This document shows positions 58,917-64,000 of a stretch of DNA of 64,000 bases, piece by piece. The notes beneath the pieces are model-generated. The model did no database searches. It saw only the letters and a program-made list of their open reading frames with translations, and was not told the origin of the DNA. Every line of letters begins with the position of its first letter. Positions within the stretch are counted from its first letter, which is position 1. The stretch lies in contig NZ_CP085258.1 in the NCBI RefSeq assembly GCF_044790785.1, positions 2,559,689-2,623,688 of the forward strand. Reading direction: 5' to 3'. The DNA is from Thalassospira australica. Its GTDB lineage: Bacteria > Pseudomonadota > Alphaproteobacteria > Rhodospirillales > Thalassospiraceae. The translations under genes were made by a program, and so were the position numbers.

Positions 58917-60142
58917 CGCCGGGTTCGCTCTATCTTTCCGCCCTTGGCATCGTATCGGCCCTTGGCAGCGGGATCGATGAAAGCCGCGCGACCCTGTTTG
59001 GCAATCGCCCGGCAGACATGATCGCGCGAGATGGCTTCCTGCCCGATCGCACCACGATCCTTGGCACTGTCGCGCATGATCCCGAACCACTGCCAGATCC
59101 CCTTGCCCGCCACGATACCCGCAACAACCGCCTGCTTTGGGCCGCAACCCGGCAGATCGAAACCGATATCACCAATCTGATCGCCGATATCGGCCGCGAC
59201 CGGATCGGTGTCATCATGGGCACCAGCACATCGGGCATCGAAGAAGGCACAAGCGATTACGAAGCCGCCCTTGATGGCGGGGCCTTTCCCGAAACGTTTG
59301 TGTATAGCCATCAGGAAATCGGATCACCCGCCGATTTCCTGCGCGATGCCTTTGATCTTGGCGGACCGTCTTACGCAATTTCGACGGCATGTTCATCAAG
59401 TGCCAAGGCCTTCGCCGCCGGGGCGCGCCTGATCAATGCCGGGCTGTGCGATGCGGTTCTGGTTGGCGGCGCCGATAGCCTCTGCCGCCTGACCGTGCGC
59501 GGTTTTGATGCCCTGCAATCGGTTTCAAACGGCATCTGCAACCCCATGAGCATCAATCGCGACGGCATCAATATCGGCGAAGGGGCCGCGATCTTCATCC
59601 TGCGCCGCGATGCGCATCCGGGTGCGGGCGCGATTGAACTTTTGGGGGTCGGTGAAAGCTCCGACGCCCATCATCCCAACGCCCCGCATCCCGATGGCCG
59701 GGGGGCCGCCATGGCAATGCAAAACGCGCTGGCAAACGCCAGCCTCACCCCCGCCGACATCGCCTATATCAATCTGCACGGCACCGCGACCCCGCTTAAT
59801 GACGGCATGGAGGCACGTGCGGTCTGCGATGTTCTCGGCGCCAACGTCCCGGCAAGCTCCACCAAACCGATGACCGGTCATACGCTGGGTGCTGCGGGCG
59901 CCATCGAAGCCGCGATGCTGTGGCTATCGCTTTGCGATGCCGCCAATGGTGCGCCCCTGCCGCGTCATATCTGGGACGGTGCATCTGATCCCGAAATTCC
60001 CGATATCAATCTGGTGACCAAGCCGGGCACCAGATTGCCACCCGCGGATCGGTTGGCAATGATGAGCAACTCGTTTGCCTTTGGCGGCAGCAACGTCTCG
60101 GTCATTCTTGGCCGGGGCTGGAACCGGGGGGACCGCGCATGA
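58913..60142 (+). CDS. beta-ketoacyl-ACP synthase (FabB/F-like)
   Basis: Active-site Cys AISTACSSSAKAF; His NLHGTATPLND and GHTLGAAGA. Confidence 0.85.
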   Translation: MTPGSLYLSALGIVSALGSGIDESRATLFGNRPADMIARDGFLPDRTTILGTVAHDPEPLPDPLARHDTRNNRLLWAATRQIETDITNLIADIGRDRIGVIMGTSTSGIEEGTSDYEAALDGGAFPETFVYSHQEIGSPADFLRDAFDLGGPSYAISTACSSSAKAFAAGARLINAGLCDAVLVGGADSLCRLTVRGFDALQSVSNGICNPMSINRDGINIGEGAAIFILRRDAHPGAGAIELLGVGESSDAHHPNAPHPDGRGAAMAMQNALANASLTPADIAYINLHGTATPLNDGMEARAVCDVLGANVPASSTKPMTGHTLGAAGAIEAAMLWLSLCDAANGAPLPRHIWDGASDPEIPDINLVTKPGTRLPPADRLAMMSNSFAFGGSNVSVILGRGWNRGDRA

Positions 60143-60627
60143 ATGCGTCTGTAAAACCCGCCTTCCCACCCGTCGAAACACTGGTGCCCCATGCCGCACC
60201 CATGCTTCTGATCGACCGCGTTCTGAATGCCGACGCCGAAAGCCTGACGGCAGAGGTCCACATCACCAAGGACAGCCTGTTCTTCACCCCCACGCACGGC
60301 GTCCCCGCCTATGTCGGGATCGAATATATCGCACAGTCGGTCGCCGCCTATAGCGGCTGGCGCGCCCAATCGGCGGCCCCCGGCACAGCACCCAAAATCG
60401 GTTATCTGCTCGGCACGCGCAAAATGACCATGGCGTGCGATGGCTTTGCCGATGGCGATGTGCTTGTCGTCCATGTGAAAAACATTTTCGAAGACGGCGA
60501 AATGGGTGTGTTTGACGGCGAGGTTCGCAAAGGTGACGAAACCCTTGTGACCGCCCGCATCAATGTCTATCAGCCAGACGACACCGCAGAAACCCCAACC
60601 AGCAACCAAGAAACGACAAAGCCATGA
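60139..60627 (+). CDS. hotdog 3-hydroxyacyl-ACP dehydratase (APE-type)
   Basis: 162 aa, PMLLIDRV motif typical of FabA/Z-like/thioester dehydrases. ATGA coupling. Confidence 0.6.
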   Translation: MNASVKPAFPPVETLVPHAAPMLLIDRVLNADAESLTAEVHITKDSLFFTPTHGVPAYVGIEYIAQSVAAYSGWRAQSAAPGTAPKIGYLLGTRKMTMACDGFADGDVLVVHVKNIFEDGEMGVFDGEVRKGDETLVTARINVYQPDDTAETPTSNQETTKP

Positions 60628-61349
60628 CAGAAACCATTCTGGTAACAGGTGCCAGCAAGGGGATCGGTGCCGCCACCGCGCGCCGTCTTGCAAGGGACGG
60701 TTTTGATATCATCGTCCATTATCATTCCGATCAAACCGGTGCCGAAGCCGTCCGTGATGACATCATTGCCCTTGGCCGCAATGCCCGCCTGATCCGGTTC
60801 GATATCGCTGACCGCGACGCGACGCGCACCGCAATCGAGGCCGACATTGCCGATCATGGCGCGCCCTATGGTGTGATCCTCAATGCCGGGCTGACCCGCG
60901 ATGGACCGTTTCCCGCCCTTGAAGACGACGATTGGGATCGGGTTCTGCACACCAATCTGGATGGCTTTTACAATGTGATCAAACCGCTGATCATGCCGAT
61001 CATTCAACGGCGCAAGGGCGGGCGGATCGTTGCGCTCACCTCCATCGCCGGGATCGCTGGCAATCGCGGGCAGGTCAATTATGCGGCATCAAAGGCCGGG
61101 ATCATCGGGGCGGTCAAATCACTCGCCCTTGAACTCGCCAAACGCAAAATCACCGTCAATGCCGTCGCCCCCGGCGTGATCGAAACCCAGATGACCGGCG
61201 ACCTGCCCGCGGACGAGGTCAAGGCGATGATCCCGATGCGCCGTTACGGCACAACGGATGAAGTCGCGGGCACCATCGCATTTCTGTGCAGCCCCGATGC
61301 GTCCTACATCACGCGCCAGGTCATCAGTGTGAATGGGGGCATGCTATGA
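60624..61349 (+). CDS. fabG: 3-oxoacyl-ACP reductase (SDR)
   Basis: TGASKGIGAATARRLA, catalytic YAASKAG, NAVAPGVIET. Confidence 0.85.
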   Translation: MTETILVTGASKGIGAATARRLARDGFDIIVHYHSDQTGAEAVRDDIIALGRNARLIRFDIADRDATRTAIEADIADHGAPYGVILNAGLTRDGPFPALEDDDWDRVLHTNLDGFYNVIKPLIMPIIQRRKGGRIVALTSIAGIAGNRGQVNYAASKAGIIGAVKSLALELAKRKITVNAVAPGVIETQMTGDLPADEVKAMIPMRRYGTTDEVAGTIAFLCSPDASYITRQVISVNGGML

Positions 61350-62590
61350 GCAACACCACCTCCACCCGCCGCGTGGTCGTCACCGGCATGGCGGGCATCA
61401 CCGCCCTTGGTGATAATTGGGAAACCATTTCATCGCGCATGGCGGCGGGTGAAACCGGCATCCGGCGCATGGATGACTGGGATGGCAAATATGATCTGCG
61501 CACCCGCCTTGCCGCCCCGGTGCAGGATTTCACGCTCAAGGGCAAATTCAGCCGCAAACAGCTCCGCAGCATGGGCCGTGTTGCCCAGATGTCGGTCGAT
61601 GCCACCGACAAGGCATTGGAAATGGCGGGTCTGCGTGACGATACCGCGATCCTGCAGGGTGGGCGTCTTGGCATTGCCTATGGCTCATCCTTCGGAAGCA
61701 CCCCGCCCGTTCTCGGTTTCACCCGCCTGATGGAACATGGCGACAGCAACGCCATCACCGCCACCAGCTACATCCAGATGATGAGCCACACCGCTGCCGT
61801 CAATATCGGCGTGCTCTATGGCATTTCCGGGCGCATCATCCCGACCTCGACCGCCTGCACATCGGGCAGCATGGGGATCGGATATGCGTATGAGGCAATC
61901 AAATTCGGCATGCAGGATCTGATGATCGCCGGCGGGGCGGAGGAACTCTGCCCCACCATGGTCGCCGTATTCGATACCCTGTTTGCCACCAGTACCAGTA
62001 ACGACGCCCCGGAACTCTCCCCGCGTCCCTATGATGCAAGGCGCGATGGTCTGGTAATCGGCGAAGGGGCCGGAACGCTTATTCTGGAAGAATATGAACA
62101 CGCCAAGGCCCGCGGGGCCAAGATTTACGGCGAAATCGTCGGCTTCGCCAGCAATTCCGACGGCGCGCACATCACCCAACCCGCAGCGGACAAAATGGAA
62201 GTCGCCCTTCGCCAGTCGCTTGAAAGTGCCGGGCTGTCGCCATCCGATATCGATATCGTCAACGGCCACGGCACCGCCACCGATCATGGCGACCTTGCCG
62301 AAAGCAGGGCGACCCGTGCCGTCTTTGACCGCGCCATTCCGATCCACACGCTCAAGGGCCATTTCGGCCATAGCCTCGGCGCATGTGGTGCCATCGAGGC
62401 ATGGCTTGGCCTTGAAATGATGCGCGAAGGCAAATTTGTCGCCACCGCCAATCTTGAACAGGTCGATCCCGATTGCGCCGAACTTGATTACATCTTTGGC
62501 GACGCCAGAAACCTTTCGGCCGAACATATGATGAGCAACAATTTCGCCTTTGGCGGTATCAACACGTCCCTGATCTTCCGGCAAATCTAG
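61346..62590 (+). CDS. beta-ketoacyl-ACP synthase II-like (second KS of operon)
   Basis: Cys TSTACTSGSMG; His NGHGTATDHGD and GHSLGACGA. ATG 61346 overlaps the fabG stop. Confidence 0.85.
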   Translation: MSNTTSTRRVVVTGMAGITALGDNWETISSRMAAGETGIRRMDDWDGKYDLRTRLAAPVQDFTLKGKFSRKQLRSMGRVAQMSVDATDKALEMAGLRDDTAILQGGRLGIAYGSSFGSTPPVLGFTRLMEHGDSNAITATSYIQMMSHTAAVNIGVLYGISGRIIPTSTACTSGSMGIGYAYEAIKFGMQDLMIAGGAEELCPTMVAVFDTLFATSTSNDAPELSPRPYDARRDGLVIGEGAGTLILEEYEHAKARGAKIYGEIVGFASNSDGAHITQPAADKMEVALRQSLESAGLSPSDIDIVNGHGTATDHGDLAESRATRAVFDRAIPIHTLKGHFGHSLGACGAIEAWLGLEMMREGKFVATANLEQVDPDCAELDYIFGDARNLSAEHMMSNNFAFGGINTSLIFRQI

Positions 62591-62606
62591 GGTTGCCCAT
62601 CACAAC

Positions 62607-62639
62607 AAAAACCCCGGCATCTGCCGGGGTTTTGCGTTT
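62607..62639. terminator. bidirectional rho-independent terminator between the convergent KS and RidA genes
   Basis: AAAA, then stem CCCCGGCA (62612-19), loop TC, TGCCGGGG (62622-29), then TTTTGCGTTT. Confidence 0.55.
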
Positions 62640-63049
62640 CAGGCGGCGTTCTTGTCCGCCGGGATCGATGCCGTCGCCTCGATCTCGATCAAGGCCTCGT
62701 CTTCGACAAGCGCACTGACGACAACCATCGTCATCGCCGGGAAATTCTTGCCAAGCACCCGGCGATAGGCCTCGCCAACCTCGCGCTGTTTCGCAAGATA
62801 TTCCTTCTTGTCGACCACATACCATGTCAGCCGCGTCAAATGCTCCGGCCCGCCACCGGCGGCCTCCAGCACATCGACGATATTACGCAACGCCTGTTCC
62901 ATCTGACCGACGAAATCCTTGGCGACAAAGACCTGATCAGCGTTCCAGCCGATCTGCCCGCCGATATAAAGCGGCACCCCGTCGGCCAGCACGCCATTTG
63001 CGTAACCCTTGGGCGGTTTCCATCCGTCTGGCTGAATGATTTTATGCAT
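62639..63049 (-). CDS. RidA/YjgF-family protein
   Basis: 136 aa, RidA fold signatures (YIGGQIGW...PAMTMVVVSALV..IEIEATA). Confidence 0.8.
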   Translation of the reverse strand: MHKIIQPDGWKPPKGYANGVLADGVPLYIGGQIGWNADQVFVAKDFVGQMEQALRNIVDVLEAAGGGPEHLTRLTWYVVDKKEYLAKQREVGEAYRRVLGKNFPAMTMVVVSALVEDEALIEIEATASIPADKNAA

Positions 63050-63473
63050 CTTTTTCTACCATTTCATTGATTTCGTTGTCGATTTTGGCACGCAAATCAT
63101 CGGGCCACGGCACCGATTTACCGGCACCTCTTCTGGTAAACACCAGCGTCGCTGTCATCGAAAGGCGTTGCTCGTCGCCACAGACAGCCGTGATTTCAAG
63201 ATCAAGGCTCGACCGCCCCAACCGTTTGGGCACCAGCCGGAATTCAAGCATCTCGCCAAGGCGGCTTGGCGCATTAAACGCAATCTGAAGCCCGGCGGTC
63301 GGCACCGCCACCTCGTCCACCCCATGCATCTGTGCAAAGCTGAACCCGATGCGATCCTCGAACCATTCTTCGACCGTCGCATTGATCATTTCGAAATAGC
63401 GCGGATAAAAAACGATCCCCGCCGGGTCGCAATGCTGAAACAGGACTTTCTGGGCATAGGTGAATGTCGTCAT
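63042..63473 (-). CDS. hotdog-fold acyl-CoA thioesterase (YbgC/4HBT-like)
   Basis: QHCDPAGIVFYPRYFEM... Start probably MTTFTYA; the ORF track over-extends to 63509. Confidence 0.6.
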   Translation of the reverse strand: MTTFTYAQKVLFQHCDPAGIVFYPRYFEMINATVEEWFEDRIGFSFAQMHGVDEVAVPTAGLQIAFNAPSRLGEMLEFRLVPKRLGRSSLDLEITAVCGDEQRLSMTATLVFTRRGAGKSVPWPDDLRAKIDNEINEMVEKDA

Positions 63474-63474
63474 C

Positions 63475-64000
63475 TCACACCCCCAGATACCGGTCGGCAA
63501 GCTCGTCACTCAGTTCATCCACCGCCCCCGTCCATGCGGTAACGCCCTTTTCGACGACCACATAACGGTCCGCAACACCGGATAATTCCTTCAATGACTT
63601 GTCAACGACAAGGATCGACAACCCCGATTGCTTCAACCGGTTGATCGCAGCCCAAATCTCTTGGCGCACCACCGGCGCCAGCCCCTCGGTCGCTTCGTCA
63701 AGGATCAGAAGCCTTGGGTTGGTCATCAATGCCCGACCAATGGCAAGCATCTGCTGCTCCCCACCCGAAAGCGTCATCGCCTTCTGGTCGCGCCGCTCGG
63801 CAAGCCGTGGGAATAAATCCGCCACCCGGTCAAAATCCCATTCCCCGGCCCGTGCGGCTGCCATCAGGTTTTCCATCACGGTCAATCGGGCAAAGCACCG
63901 CCGCCCTTCGGGGACAAGCCCGATGCCAAGGCGTGCGGCCTTGTGCGATGGCAGTTTCGCAAGATCGGTATCGGCAAAGCGGACCTCCCCATCCCGGTGA
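63475..64000 (-). CDS. LivF-like branched-chain amino-acid ABC transporter ATP-binding protein, C-terminal part (gene continues beyond window)
   Basis: ABC signature LSGGEQQMLAIGRAL, Walker B LLILDEATEGLAP. The ORF-track Met at 63885 is internal; the reading frame stays open to the window edge. Confidence 0.7.
   Translation of the reverse strand, partial: HRDGEVRFADTDLAKLPSHKAARLGIGLVPEGRRCFARLTVMENLMAAARAGEWDFDRVADLFPRLAERRDQKAMTLSGGEQQMLAIGRALMTNPRLLILDEATEGLAPVVRQEIWAAINRLKQSGLSILVVDKSLKELSGVADRYVVVEKGVTAWTGAVDELSDELADRYLGV

Noticed and set aside
46111-62590. Possibility that the KS/KR/DH/ACP genes are the housekeeping fabF-fabG-fabZ-acpP locus
   Set aside because: A CLF-like partner, two ACPs, two LPLAT acyltransferases, GT2, LolA-like, MMPL exporter, MIO lyase and halogenase are all present, in an order collinear with aryl-polyene clusters. 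All are in one coupled operon. This is not primary FAS organisation.
1-64000. Mobile elements, CRISPR arrays, tRNA/rRNA genes
   Set aside because: No transposase or integrase-like ORFs and no repeat-spacer arrays. No cloverleaf-like or rRNA-like segments were recognised on either strand. The only repeats are the intragenic ones reported.

Overview
This is a GC-rich, probably alphaproteobacterial, window dominated by accessory biosynthetic genes. Left flank is core metabolism: a truncated NtrC-like sigma-54 regulator (minus strand, not in ORF track), mmsA (methylmalonate-semialdehyde dehydrogenase) and a divergent LysR regulator. From 4306 to 29767 lies a 25.5 kb three-gene hybrid NRPS-PKS assembly line with TAATG start/stop overlaps between genes. 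Gene 1 is C-A-T-KS-AT(malonyl)-T. Gene 2 is docking-C-A-T-C-A-T-KS(AT-less)-DH-like-KR-ACP-ACP-C-A-T-C. Gene 3 is an A domain with an embedded methyltransferase, then T and TE. A convergent Sfp-type PPTase follows. Between 30.6 and 46.1 kb is an accessory/tailoring/export region: a minus-strand DUF697-SPFH-DUF697 array; a 4-gene translationally coupled operon (sensor-like membrane protein, sensor-MFS fusion, PF04392-like SBP, GNAT); an orphan TAXI SBP; a diaminopropionate ammonia-lyase-like PLP enzyme; twin SyrD/PvdE-type cyclic-peptide ABC exporters; a type II thioesterase; a second PPTase; a lipoprotein. From 46111 to 62590 runs an 18-gene, translationally coupled aryl-polyene (APE)-type type II PKS/FAS-like operon, collinear with canonical APE clusters, augmented by a MIO ammonia-lyase and a WxWxIP flavin halogenase (xanthomonadin/flexirubin-like halogenated aryl polyene lipid). 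Right flank: RidA, a hotdog thioesterase and a truncated LivF-like ABC ATPase. No rRNA, tRNA, CRISPR or transposase was seen. All homology calls rest on motif recognition by eye, not on searches.
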